Positions 35,282 through 44,454 of a stretch of 46,060 nucleotides of DNA are shown here, piece after piece. Source of the stretch: Candidatus Aminicenantes bacterium (GTDB taxonomy: Bacteria > Acidobacteriota > Aminicenantia > Aminicenantales > Aminicenantaceae); NCBI GenBank assembly GCA_030614685.1, contig JAUWTO010000003.1, positions 1 through 46,060 on the forward strand. Direction: 5' to 3'. The notes below the pieces were generated by a model. That model was not told the DNA's origin. It saw only the letters and a program-made list of their open reading frames with translations, and made no database searches. Each line of letters opens with the position of its first letter. Within the stretch, counting starts at the first letter, position 1. The position numbers were made by a program, and so were the translations under genes.

Positions 35282-37087
35282 ATGACGCGGCTTAGGTACG
35301 GCTACGGGGGCCGCCTCCTCCGCGTGAACCTCACCCGAAGGACATTCGAGATCGAGGAGATCGACCCCGGCTGGATGAAATCGGTGATCGGCGGCCGGGC
35401 CGCCAACACAAGGCGGTTGGATGAGGAGCTCGACCCCGGTTGCGATCCGCTGGGCCCTGACAACCCCCTCATCTTTGGCGTGGGGCCTTTGACCGGGTCT
35501 CTGCTCCCGGCCTCCGCCTACTACACGGTCACGGCCAAGTCCCCGCTAACCGGAATTCTGGGAGACTCAGCAGCCGGTGGCCAGTTCGGCGCTGAGATGA
35601 AGATGACGGGGTTCGACCAGATCATCATCAGCGGTCGGGCCGATGCTTGGCTCTATCTCTGGATCACGGATGAGGGAGTGGAGTTTATCGACTGCCCGGG
35701 ATATGCCGGACTCGGTGTGGCCTCGACCACCTCCTCGATCCGGAAGGCGCACCGGGATTACAGCGTACAGGTGGCGGGCATCGGGGCGGCCGGAGAGAAC
35801 GAGGTGCTCTATTCCGCCATCGTATCCAGCGGGAACCGGGTCAACGGCCGCACCGGTATGGGCGCAGTCATGGGAGCCAAACGCCTCAAGGCTGTGGCCG
35901 TGCGGGGAAAGAGATCTCTGGAGGTGGCGGACACCCTGGGTTTTCTGGAGCAGACGAGGAATCTGGAACGGGCGATCCTCGAGCACTGCGAGTACGACAA
36001 AAGGTACCGCCTGGGGACCACCATGCTGATGCAGGACCTGAACGGCATCGGGATCCTGCCCACCAATCACTTCCAGGAGGGGGTGTGCGATTATGTGGAC
36101 GAGGTCTCGGGGCAGACTTTGGCGGAGCGCTACAAGGTTAAAAACAAAGCCTGCTACAACTGCAACCTCCACTGCTCGCGCTACTATGTGACGAATGAAT
36201 ATGAGGCGGAAGGACCAGAGTTCGAGACTCTGTGCAGCTTCACCTCCCGGCTCGGATGCCGCGACCTCGCCTTTGCGCTGGAGATGAACGCTGTCCTCAA
36301 CCAGGCCGGGCTGGATTCCATATCCACAGCCGAGGTGATCGGCTGGATCATGGAGTGCCAGGAAAAAGGACTGGTGAAGCCTGAAGACCTGGACGGCCTG
36401 GAGCTGCGCTGGGGCGATACGGAAGCCGTCCGCTCGACCGTGGACATGATCATCCACCGCCGGGATTTGGGTGACCGCCTGGCCCAGGGTGCGACCCGGC
36501 TGTCTCGGGATTTCGGCGAGGAGGCCCAGAAGCTGGTCATGCAGGTCAAGGGACTGGACATCATCTGCGGAGATCCCCGGGGAATCAAGGCCTACGGCCT
36601 GACCTATGCCATAGCCTCTCGGGGAGCCGACCATTTGAGGGCCGAACCTTACTTCGAGCTCACCGACCTGCAGGACGAGGCCAGGGAGCGCTTCGGGACC
36701 GAGAAGGCGGCCATGCGCATGGAGGAGGAGGGCAAGGCCGTGCTCGTTACCTATTCGGAGAAGATCGCGCTGCTCACCGACTGCCTGACCATGTGCAAGA
36801 ACATCGGACTGTGCATGGACATCCTGGACCTGGAGAACGCGGCCTCCCTGCTCACGGCCGGAACCGGTGTGGACTACACAGCTGCATCCCTCGAGGAGGT
36901 CCTGGGTGAGGCCGTCCAGAGGGACCGCCGCCTCAACCGGCGCTTCGGGATCAGGCGTGCGGACGACACACTGCCCGAGCGGTTCCGGAAGGAATCCCTG
37001 CCGACAGGGCCGACACAGGGCTCCATCGTCGATATCGAGCGCATGGTCGAAGAATACTACCGCCTGCATGGCTGGGAGGACGAGTAA
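35282..37087 (+). CDS. aldehyde:ferredoxin oxidoreductase (W/Mo, AOR family)
   Basis: LLRVNL, KSPLTG, GRTGMGAVMGAK.LKA, CYNCNLHC, EGPEFET, GLDSIS, VKGL, RGADH, DTLPERF. Confidence 0.95.
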   Translation: MTRLRYGYGGRLLRVNLTRRTFEIEEIDPGWMKSVIGGRAANTRRLDEELDPGCDPLGPDNPLIFGVGPLTGSLLPASAYYTVTAKSPLTGILGDSAAGGQFGAEMKMTGFDQIIISGRADAWLYLWITDEGVEFIDCPGYAGLGVASTTSSIRKAHRDYSVQVAGIGAAGENEVLYSAIVSSGNRVNGRTGMGAVMGAKRLKAVAVRGKRSLEVADTLGFLEQTRNLERAILEHCEYDKRYRLGTTMLMQDLNGIGILPTNHFQEGVCDYVDEVSGQTLAERYKVKNKACYNCNLHCSRYYVTNEYEAEGPEFETLCSFTSRLGCRDLAFALEMNAVLNQAGLDSISTAEVIGWIMECQEKGLVKPEDLDGLELRWGDTEAVRSTVDMIIHRRDLGDRLAQGATRLSRDFGEEAQKLVMQVKGLDIICGDPRGIKAYGLTYAIASRGADHLRAEPYFELTDLQDEARERFGTEKAAMRMEEEGKAVLVTYSEKIALLTDCLTMCKNIGLCMDILDLENAASLLTAGTGVDYTAASLEEVLGEAVQRDRRLNRRFGIRRADDTLPERFRKESLPTGPTQGSIVDIERMVEEYYRLHGWEDE

Positions 37088-37120
37088 GGCCTGCACTCGT
37101 GCAGGACCCGGTCAGCCCCC

Positions 37121-38458
37121 ATGAAAAGCGATTCCCCGCAGCCCTCCAGCCGCGAAACCTTTACCTCCCGCTTTGGTCTGCTCATGACCATGATCGGGGC
37201 CGCGGTCGGCCTGGGCGCAATCTGGCGGTTTCCCTACATGGCGGGGAGGTTCGGGGGAGCGGCCTTCGTGCTCTTCTACCTGGCGGTCATGTTCTTTATC
37301 GGCATCCCGGCGCTCATGGCGGAGTGGTCCCTGGGCCGCTTCACAGGACGCGGCACCCTGGGGGCCTTTGAGCGGGGAGGATTTCCCGGGGGCAGGTATG
37401 TGGGCGGTTTCCTGTTCGGCATCGTCTTCTTTGCCACGGGTTACTACTCCAATGCCCTGGGCTGGGTAGCCTTCCACGCGCTGGGGCAGGTGGCCAAGCC
37501 CTTGGGCTTTGACTTCGATCCGAGCGCCATCCTGCCGCCCGCCTCCGGCTTTGATGCCACCTCGTTCGGTCTGCAGCTGCTCATGACTGCCCTGGTCATC
37601 GGCGTCTGCGGCCTGATCCTGGTCAAGGGGCTGAGGAAGGGGATCGAGCGAGCCAGTAAGGTCATTGTGCCGGCCTTGTTCCTCATACTGATCATCCTTA
37701 TCGTGCGCTCCCTGACCCTTCCGGGTGCCGCCGAGGGCATCAAGTGGTATATCGGGAGCTTCCGCTTCCATGACCTCACTCCCGGCGTCATGGCCGCCGC
37801 CCTGGGCATGGCCTTCTTTTCTTTGTCGTTGGGCGGGACCTTCATGGTCATATACGGCTCGTATCTCGACCGCAGTGCTGACATCCCCCGCAACGCCGTC
37901 TTAACCGGGATCAGTGCCTCCCTGGCCGGAATACTGGCCGGCTTCGCCATCTTCCCGGCCGTGTTTGCGTTCGGGCTTGAGCCCGCGTCAGGGCCGGGCC
38001 TGATCTTCACCACCCTGCCGCTGACGTTTGAGCAAATGCCGGTTGGCTGGCTGTTCGGGCTGCTGTTTTTTACCGGCCTTTTTGGGGCCGCCTTCCTCTC
38101 CGATGTGGCTGCCTTCGAGGTGCTGGTCGGGGGACTCGTGGATAACACGCGCCTGGTCCGCAGGAAGGCCGTGATCCTGGCCTGCGGGGTGGTGTTTGTA
38201 CTGGCCATACCGCCCATGATCAACTATAAAATTTTCATCCCCTGGGACCTCACCTTCGGCTCGGGCATGCAGGCCCTGGGATCTCTGCTGGCCGTGGTGA
38301 CCGCGGCCTGGTGTTTTCGACGGGCCGAGGCGCTCAAGGAGCTGTCAGCGGGAAGCGGGAAACCGTTTCCCAAGTGGCTCTACTGGTGGCTGCGTGTGGC
38401 CGTGCCGGTCGCTATCCTGATCGTGGGGCTCAACTGGCTCGTAGAGTCGGTTTTCTGA
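37121..38458 (+). CDS. sodium-dependent transporter, NSS/SNF family
   Basis: RETFTSR, GAAVGLGAIWRFPY, GGAAF, AFFSLSLG, YGSY, GPGLIF. Confidence 0.94.
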   Translation: MKSDSPQPSSRETFTSRFGLLMTMIGAAVGLGAIWRFPYMAGRFGGAAFVLFYLAVMFFIGIPALMAEWSLGRFTGRGTLGAFERGGFPGGRYVGGFLFGIVFFATGYYSNALGWVAFHALGQVAKPLGFDFDPSAILPPASGFDATSFGLQLLMTALVIGVCGLILVKGLRKGIERASKVIVPALFLILIILIVRSLTLPGAAEGIKWYIGSFRFHDLTPGVMAAALGMAFFSLSLGGTFMVIYGSYLDRSADIPRNAVLTGISASLAGILAGFAIFPAVFAFGLEPASGPGLIFTTLPLTFEQMPVGWLFGLLFFTGLFGAAFLSDVAAFEVLVGGLVDNTRLVRRKAVILACGVVFVLAIPPMINYKIFIPWDLTFGSGMQALGSLLAVVTAAWCFRRAEALKELSAGSGKPFPKWLYWWLRVAVPVAILIVGLNWLVESVF

Positions 38459-38505
38459 TCCATTCGGAGTTCAGACACCTCCGACCGCTGCGGCCGCGGA
38501 TCTGG

Positions 38506-38839
38506 CTATTCGTAGCGCAGGGAGTTCACTGGTTCGGCCAGGGCCGCCCGGATGGATTGAAACTGGACGGCATTTCCCGAGGGCTTCAGGTTCAGGGTGG
38601 CGATGGATGCCAGGAAGTCGGGCCTCATATGTGCGGTCTGAGGTGGACAGGTCGGACTCGAGCCGATAGAGGCGGTCGCCCTTCTCGTGAAAGCGGTCGA
38701 AGCTGAGCTCGTCCTGGATGTAGAACAGGAGCAGAATGCTGCAGGCGAGGCCTATTGCTAGCCCGGTTATGTTGAGGAAGGAATAGAGTTTCTTGCGAAA
38801 CAGGTTCCGGAATGCGATCTTGATGTAGTTCTTAAGCAT
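38506..38839 (-). pseudogene. internally deleted MacB/FtsX-type ABC permease
   Basis: N-terminus MLKNYIKIAFRNL..NITGLAIGLAC...DELSFDRFH is joined within 334 bp, out of frame, to the family C-terminus FQSIRAALAEPVNSLRYE*. Confidence 0.85.
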
Positions 38840-38904
38840 GGACTCCTCCGTCCAGCTCTCTCTCTTCATTGAGAGATACGGAAAAATCCGGAAAATGGTT
38901 CTCG

Positions 38905-40074
38905 TTATTCGAAGCGGAGCCTGGCGGGGGAGACCTTACGGTGGTCATGGAGGTAGGCGCCGGTGCCGTTTTCAATCACTTCGGCATAGCGAGGGACGCT
39001 GGTGACGACCACTCCCCGCTCGGGGTGATCCTCTGTCCAGAGCTCCAGGATCTGCAGGATGGCAGAGCAGTGGCGGCCCACTCTCACATCTATGGGCCAG
39101 CCGTTCTCGTCGATCTTCTCGAAGAGCAGCCCATGCTCCCCGGCCTTGACCACGAACTCGTCCTTGCCCTCCAGCAGCAGCTTCCGGTCTGTGCGGCCCC
39201 GCGTAGCGTCCAGCATGGGTTCGGGTGCTTCCAGCAGGAGTGAGATGGCGTCCGTGTGATCTCCGATCTCCCGGTGGGACAGCCCGCGCAGCGCGTGGGG
39301 AGAGTTTTCCATGCCGAGGTCGAATCCCCCCATGCCCGAGATCATCATGGAGGTCATGGCTGCCAGATCCTGGCCCTTTTCGTGAGCCACGATGACGGAG
39401 ATCACCGGGTACTGGAGCTCGGCCTCATGGAGGTCGATGGCAATGTCGATCTTTTCCTCTTTGATCATCTGGATAATTGCGAAGCAGGTCTTTTCTGTCA
39501 GCGTCCCGTTGGCCCGGCCCGGCCAGGTGCGGTTGAGGTTGCGGATGTCCATATAGGCCAGCTCCTGCCGGCTGGGATAGTGGATATAGACCTCGGGATC
39601 CGGCCACTGATCGAGCGGGTTGGACCAGCGGTCGCCCATGCGGAAGGTGCGCTCCCCCCAGGGTGTCTCGATGCTGTAATCCGGGGGGTAGGCCCCACCC
39701 AGGCGCGTGACCGTAGTCCCGCTGCGGTTGGCGGAGAGGATCAAGAACAGCCGTCCTTGTTCCAGCACCGCGTTTTCTGCCAGGATCCAGGTCGCCAACC
39801 GCCCAGCCGGCTCTTCCGGGTGCGTGCCGCCCAGGATCAGAACACTGCCGCCTGGTTCCTGACCCTCCAGGACATACACATTGGCATCGTTGATGGTGCC
39901 CTCGAGGCCCTCGAAGTAATCGCTCAGCTTCTTGACCTCTGTAACACTCGGGCCCAGGACCACCGGCTCCTTGAGATGGCGGCTGTTGTAAAAACTCAAC
40001 CCCGCCAACAGCATGAGGGCCGCACCCAGCAGCAGGAATCCCGCTTTCCGCAAAGATCGGACATTCACTCGCAT
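38905..40074 (-). CDS. succinylglutamate desuccinylase/aspartoacylase (M14-like) family deacylase, exported or membrane-anchored
   Basis: GGTHPEE (HxxE), RNLNR.WPG, IDLHEA; N-terminal TM. Alternative GTG start 40089. Confidence 0.85.
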   Translation of the reverse strand: MRVNVRSLRKAGFLLLGAALMLLAGLSFYNSRHLKEPVVLGPSVTEVKKLSDYFEGLEGTINDANVYVLEGQEPGGSVLILGGTHPEEPAGRLATWILAENAVLEQGRLFLILSANRSGTTVTRLGGAYPPDYSIETPWGERTFRMGDRWSNPLDQWPDPEVYIHYPSRQELAYMDIRNLNRTWPGRANGTLTEKTCFAIIQMIKEEKIDIAIDLHEAELQYPVISVIVAHEKGQDLAAMTSMMISGMGGFDLGMENSPHALRGLSHREIGDHTDAISLLLEAPEPMLDATRGRTDRKLLLEGKDEFVVKAGEHGLLFEKIDENGWPIDVRVGRHCSAILQILELWTEDHPERGVVVTSVPRYAEVIENGTGAYLHDHRKVSPARLRFE

Positions 40075-40085
40075 CGCTTGCTTCC

Positions 40086-40235
40086 TCACTTCAGCCGCAG
40101 CAGGCGCAGGATGAAGGGCATAAGGATGATGACATAGAGAAGCTCATCCTGCCATTTCCTGGTCTTGAACAGGTTCCAGAGGATCAGACCCGCAATGAAA
40201 CCGATGAGAACATAATACAGGATGGTGATGATCAT
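40086..40235 (-). CDS. 49-aa two-TM small membrane protein
   Basis: MIITILYYVLIGFIAGLILWNLFKTRKWQDELLYVIILMPFILRLLRLK; SD GAGGGAG; fills the gap between the transporter and the deacylase. Not in the ORF track. Confidence 0.8.
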   Translation of the reverse strand: MIITILYYVLIGFIAGLILWNLFKTRKWQDELLYVIILMPFILRLLRLK

Positions 40236-40288
40236 CGCTGTTGTTTCTCCCTCAGACGTTTATTTTCATCCAACAATTATGCCTGCAT

Positions 40289-41590
40289 TTACAGCAGGGT
40301 CAAAAATGAAAGCTCCTTGCTGAAGACCACCATGAGCGTCCCCGTCACAATAATGAGCACGGCCGGGACAAGGCAGTAGGCCAGCATGCGGCCGTAGGAT
40401 TCTTCCATGCCTACGGTATCCTTGGTCAGCCGCCCGATGATGGCCGTAGGCGGGAGTGCGTCACCCAGAGGCCAGATGACGCTCATGCCGGCCAGGGCCA
40501 CGATCGGGTTGAGTCCGATGGTGTTGAAGAGCAGTACCAGGGGAACCCCCAGGACCGGGGCAGCCCCCCACATCAGCACGGCCTCCGATACCGGCAGCAC
40601 CACGGACAGGGAAAGGAAGACAACGGTCAGTGGAAGGGTGACAATGGTGACCGCGATCAGCCCGCGAACCCCGGTCAGGGTCATGACCTGGACCAGGATT
40701 CCCACGCAGGTCAGAGTGCCGATGAGGGGAAGAAGCTGGTGGATGGTCTCACGGGAGACCTTCAAAAAATCGAGCTTGACAGGAGACAACAGGAAGGTCA
40801 CGGCCGCCGCTGCCACGAACATCATGGGGAGCCCTATGATGGGCAGAGAATGGGGCCAGATCCGGCCGGCCAGGACAAAGGCAAAAAACACCAGGAAGGG
40901 CAGGATGACCTTGAGCCAGTTCATCTTTGCGGGCGCATCCGGCAGTTCCGCGAGGGCCTTCTCCAGGTCGACGGGCCTCCCTTTCCATCCCAGGATGAAG
41001 ATGGTGAGCAGGGCCAGCACCACACAGGGAATCAGCAGGGGCAGGAAAAAACCGACATAGGGCATGTTGACACCGGCCGCTGTCAGCATGGCCCATAGGC
41101 TCACGGGAGGGGCGGCCGCACTCAGCCCCGCCAGGATAAAGATGATGGCCGCTGCCCTGGGTCTGGCAATTCCCATGTAGTGGAGCACCACCGCGATCAT
41201 CCCCCCGGTGATCAGCACCGTGACACTGCCGGCTCCGGTCAGGGCCCCCGGAATGAGCAGGAGCAGGGTGATGAGCACGAACAGCACGGACCTGTGCCTA
41301 TGAAATCGGCTCAGAATCCCCCTGATCACAAAGGCAACGCCACCGGATTCCTTCAGGAGGTTCATGAACAGCGTGGCTGTCACAAAGATCAGGATGATGT
41401 CCAGATAGGTGAAGGCGCCCTCTACGATGTGGCGCGTTGGAATCCCCGCCCCGCCGGCCAGGGCACCGGCCAGGGCGGCAAAAAAGAGGGCCAGCTCGGT
41501 CGAGACTTTGAGCAGCCTGATCACGACGTAGGTCACGACCATTACGGCCAGGATGATCTGGGTGGATTGGAACATGCTCATGGACGACAT
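40289..41590 (-). CDS. DctM-like / ion-transporter superfamily permease
   Basis: About 12 TM helices; RHIVEG, PGALTGAG, AAPPVS, GDALPPTA. Confidence 0.8.
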   Translation of the reverse strand: MSSMSMFQSTQIILAVMVVTYVVIRLLKVSTELALFFAALAGALAGGAGIPTRHIVEGAFTYLDIILIFVTATLFMNLLKESGGVAFVIRGILSRFHRHRSVLFVLITLLLLIPGALTGAGSVTVLITGGMIAVVLHYMGIARPRAAAIIFILAGLSAAAPPVSLWAMLTAAGVNMPYVGFFLPLLIPCVVLALLTIFILGWKGRPVDLEKALAELPDAPAKMNWLKVILPFLVFFAFVLAGRIWPHSLPIIGLPMMFVAAAAVTFLLSPVKLDFLKVSRETIHQLLPLIGTLTCVGILVQVMTLTGVRGLIAVTIVTLPLTVVFLSLSVVLPVSEAVLMWGAAPVLGVPLVLLFNTIGLNPIVALAGMSVIWPLGDALPPTAIIGRLTKDTVGMEESYGRMLAYCLVPAVLIIVTGTLMVVFSKELSFLTLL

Positions 41591-41678
41591 GGTAGGCGTC
41601 TAATGTATTGTATGTATCGAAGAAAATCAACCGATAATGGCAGGCAGGAATCTGAGAGCGGAACGATAAGGTTTTAAG

Positions 41679-42275
41679 CTAACGGGGGGAGTTCCCGATC
41701 CTTAGGATCTGGATGTTGGCGATGCAGGGGTAGCTTTCCAGAGTGCTCCTGTTCTGGTGGACCTTCTTCTCCACGATCAGGGTACCCAGGGCATAGTCTT
41801 CCCAGCGGTAGAGCGACGCGTGGAGCTGCGATCCGGTGATGGTGACGAGTTCGCGTGCTCCCTGTGTTACTTCCGGGAGATTCAGGGCGCGCAGCACCTT
41901 GTTGAGAGACGCGGGATTGGTGATGTGGAGGTGCGTTCCATTATCGTCAAGAGTCAGAGCCAGGCGGGGCGGGGGATCGTCGAAATAATAGGTCGTGATG
42001 TGGCTGGCGCTCCCCTTTCCATGCACCGTGCGATAGTTCAGCTCCAGGGCGCGGACCGGAAAGATCATGTCGCGGGCATCGGCGATCGTGAGCTTCTTGG
42101 AATCGCTCTGATTGAGGTAGAGCAGGACCAGTAGAAAGAACAGGAACAGGATCACGCCCCTGAAAAGGTTCCGCCGATCGTTCTTCATGAAGATCCTCAG
42201 CAGCCATAGAGAGGCCAGGAACAGGAATATCCCGATGATCTTGGTCAGCGTGAGATATTCCAGTACGGCTTCCAT
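41679..42275 (-). CDS. hypothetical membrane protein (2 N-terminal TM plus soluble domain)
   Basis: 198-aa ORF with SD, co-directional within the cluster. Confidence 0.7.
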   Translation of the reverse strand: MEAVLEYLTLTKIIGIFLFLASLWLLRIFMKNDRRNLFRGVILFLFFLLVLLYLNQSDSKKLTIADARDMIFPVRALELNYRTVHGKGSASHITTYYFDDPPPRLALTLDDNGTHLHITNPASLNKVLRALNLPEVTQGARELVTITGSQLHASLYRWEDYALGTLIVEKKVHQNRSTLESYPCIANIQILRIGNSPR

Positions 42276-42324
42276 TCTTTCCCTTCTCGCTCCCTACATC
42301 TATTTAGTCAAACAAACCCGAAAA

Positions 42325-42963
42325 TCATTGGGGATATTTTTGTCCGTAAATCTGCTTGACGACTTCCAGGAGGTCGAGGTTCTTGGCAACCGTCAGGATG
42401 GCGATATTTTTTTCGTTGGCAATGGTGGTGAAGCGGCCGTCCGAGTCGCCGTCCTGATTGATGATCAGGAAGTCGGAGTTGGGAGCCACCGCGTCGATGC
42501 TGCGTTCGTCGGTGTTGTCCCCCGGGTCGGCCCCCTGTGCCCGGCGCTTCATACCGCCTATGTGGACCCCAATGATGGAGATTCCCTGGCTGCGGGCCGC
42601 CTCCACCAGTTTTTCCGTCCTCTCCAGCTCATCTTCGATGGCGATACCTGCGGCCCCCATGCCTTTGAGGCTGGCTCCCATGATGATCATGATGGACTTG
42701 AACGGCCGCCCGGCATCGGATGCAGCTGTGAGATCCTCTGGTGCAGCCTCCAGGATCAATTCATAGGCCGGGGTCGGGTGTTCGAGTTTGGCGCGCATGA
42801 AGATGGCCTTGAGCAGGCTCGAATCCGGGCTCTGACCGCAGGCCGTGATCAGCACAGGGAGCTGCGCCTGGGGTGTGTCTCCCTGGGCGGCGGCCAAGAC
42901 AAGTCCTCCGCCTGAGACCAGGAAAACAAGGGCAATGCTGATGCTGAGAAAGTTTTTTTTCAT
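42325..42963 (-). CDS. exported DUF6305-like protein
   Basis: Signal peptide; PVLITACGQSPD, GASLKGMGAAG, GVHIGG..RR, DG.SDGRFT. Confidence 0.78.
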   Translation of the reverse strand: MKKNFLSISIALVFLVSGGGLVLAAAQGDTPQAQLPVLITACGQSPDSSLLKAIFMRAKLEHPTPAYELILEAAPEDLTAASDAGRPFKSIMIIMGASLKGMGAAGIAIEDELERTEKLVEAARSQGISIIGVHIGGMKRRAQGADPGDNTDERSIDAVAPNSDFLIINQDGDSDGRFTTIANEKNIAILTVAKNLDLLEVVKQIYGQKYPQ

Positions 42964-43005
42964 TGAATGTCCTTGTGATATCGGAATATTCGGATCGCTT
43001 TCCCT

Positions 43006-43034
43006 ATCGTAATAAAAAGCAGGGGGCACGTCAA
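43006..43034 (-). promoter_or_regulatory. sigma70 promoter of the DUF6305 cluster
   Basis: Minus strand TTGACG-17 bp-TACGAT. Confidence 0.6.
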
Positions 43035-43074
43035 CACGGCTGATGATGTATGCGCCTCCCCGCGATCTCGCTCT

Positions 43075-44454
43075 TTATCGGCTCGGAAGGGGGATGCCGT
43101 AGGGTCCGTCCAGGAGGACCGCGATCGATGGGCGGTGACCCAGATTATCCGACAGCTTCCGGATCGCTGTGTCGATCGATCCCTGGATGAGCGCTCCCAG
43201 GTCCAGAGCATGGGGGACCAGGGTTCGGGCATCGGTTCCGGGCAGCCATCGAAAGTCGTCGCGGGCAATGTCGAGCGTGCAGTAGATCAGGTTTTCGGGC
43301 GGAGTGACCTGGAACAGGCGGGACCACATCTGGGCCTCCCACTGATCTGGTACGAATGTCCAGTCGGGATCGAGGATCGCCCCCAGATACTCGTACGGGC
43401 CGATCTCCCCCAGGAGCCGCATCATGGCCTTATACTTCGGCCCTCCGATGGGATCGCTGTCAGGGTGCTTTCCCGCCAGGATGCACACCCCGCCCGGCTC
43501 CAGTACCGGGACGCATACCAGGCCACCTTTGGCCGCCTGGTAGTGATTGATCCCCGCAAATCCGCCGTGCGTGATGACCAGGTCGTACTTTCGAAATACG
43601 GGGATGCCGGCGTAGGTCTGGAGTTTGTTGAACGCCGCAATATGGGCCTCTTCCATGTCTCCCGCAAACACACCGGTCGTACGGTAGGCCGAATCCAGGG
43701 TGACATTGACGATCATGTCGCAGCCGGCCATGCGGGCCACAGCCAGGGCCTCTGCATGCACCGGATTTCCTTCCAGGACCAGATCGGTGGCCAGCGGTGA
43801 GGAGAGGATGGGGCCTGCGTGCAGGATGTGGATCGATCGCTCTGCCAGGAGTCCGGGACAGATGGACTTGCGGCCTCCGGAGACGCCGGCCATGAAATGG
43901 CTCTCGACCAGGCCTGTCAGGATCTTGATGTCGCTCTCCATGTACAATCGATTGATGAAAATGTCCCCTCCCAATTCCGTGTGTCCGATGCATATCAGCT
44001 CGTCCTGATTACGGCAGTCATGGTTGTGGATGGGGACGCCGAGGGAAAAGATCCTCGGATCCAGAAAGGCCCGCAGAGATTCCTCGCTCATGGCATGGTG
44101 GGTCCCGGTGGCCACCAGCAGCCGGATGTTGGCCGGGGCGAGGCCGGCCTTGATCATCTCGTCGATCAGGGGGAAAAGGATCCCTTCCTCCCCGGAATAG
44201 GGTACGGGGCGCGTGTCGTCGGATATCACCACTACAGCGGTGGCGTCTGCTTTGGCGGCCACCCTGCTGCCTACGAGCTGGGCGAGGGGAGGGCCTCCGA
44301 TTGGCTCCTGCAGGGCCTGCAGGACGGCCTGTGCCGGATCGGGCAAAGGTTCGGCGTGGCCCATGGCCAGGACCTCCGCATACTCGGGGACCCGTATCGG
44401 GATCTTGAGCCGCCCGAAATCTAAGAGGATCTCTTGTGTCGCGCTCATGCTCAA
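43075..44454 (-). CDS. larA: nickel-pincer-dependent lactate racemase family (LarA) protein
   Basis: SDDTRP, ATGTH, HFMAGVSGGRKSICPG, GNPVH, YQAAK. TTG 44454 overlaps the ADH stop; alternative ATG 44448. Confidence 0.9.
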   Translation of the reverse strand: MSMSATQEILLDFGRLKIPIRVPEYAEVLAMGHAEPLPDPAQAVLQALQEPIGGPPLAQLVGSRVAAKADATAVVVISDDTRPVPYSGEEGILFPLIDEMIKAGLAPANIRLLVATGTHHAMSEESLRAFLDPRIFSLGVPIHNHDCRNQDELICIGHTELGGDIFINRLYMESDIKILTGLVESHFMAGVSGGRKSICPGLLAERSIHILHAGPILSSPLATDLVLEGNPVHAEALAVARMAGCDMIVNVTLDSAYRTTGVFAGDMEEAHIAAFNKLQTYAGIPVFRKYDLVITHGGFAGINHYQAAKGGLVCVPVLEPGGVCILAGKHPDSDPIGGPKYKAMMRLLGEIGPYEYLGAILDPDWTFVPDQWEAQMWSRLFQVTPPENLIYCTLDIARDDFRWLPGTDARTLVPHALDLGALIQGSIDTAIRKLSDNLGHRPSIAVLLDGPYGIPLPSR

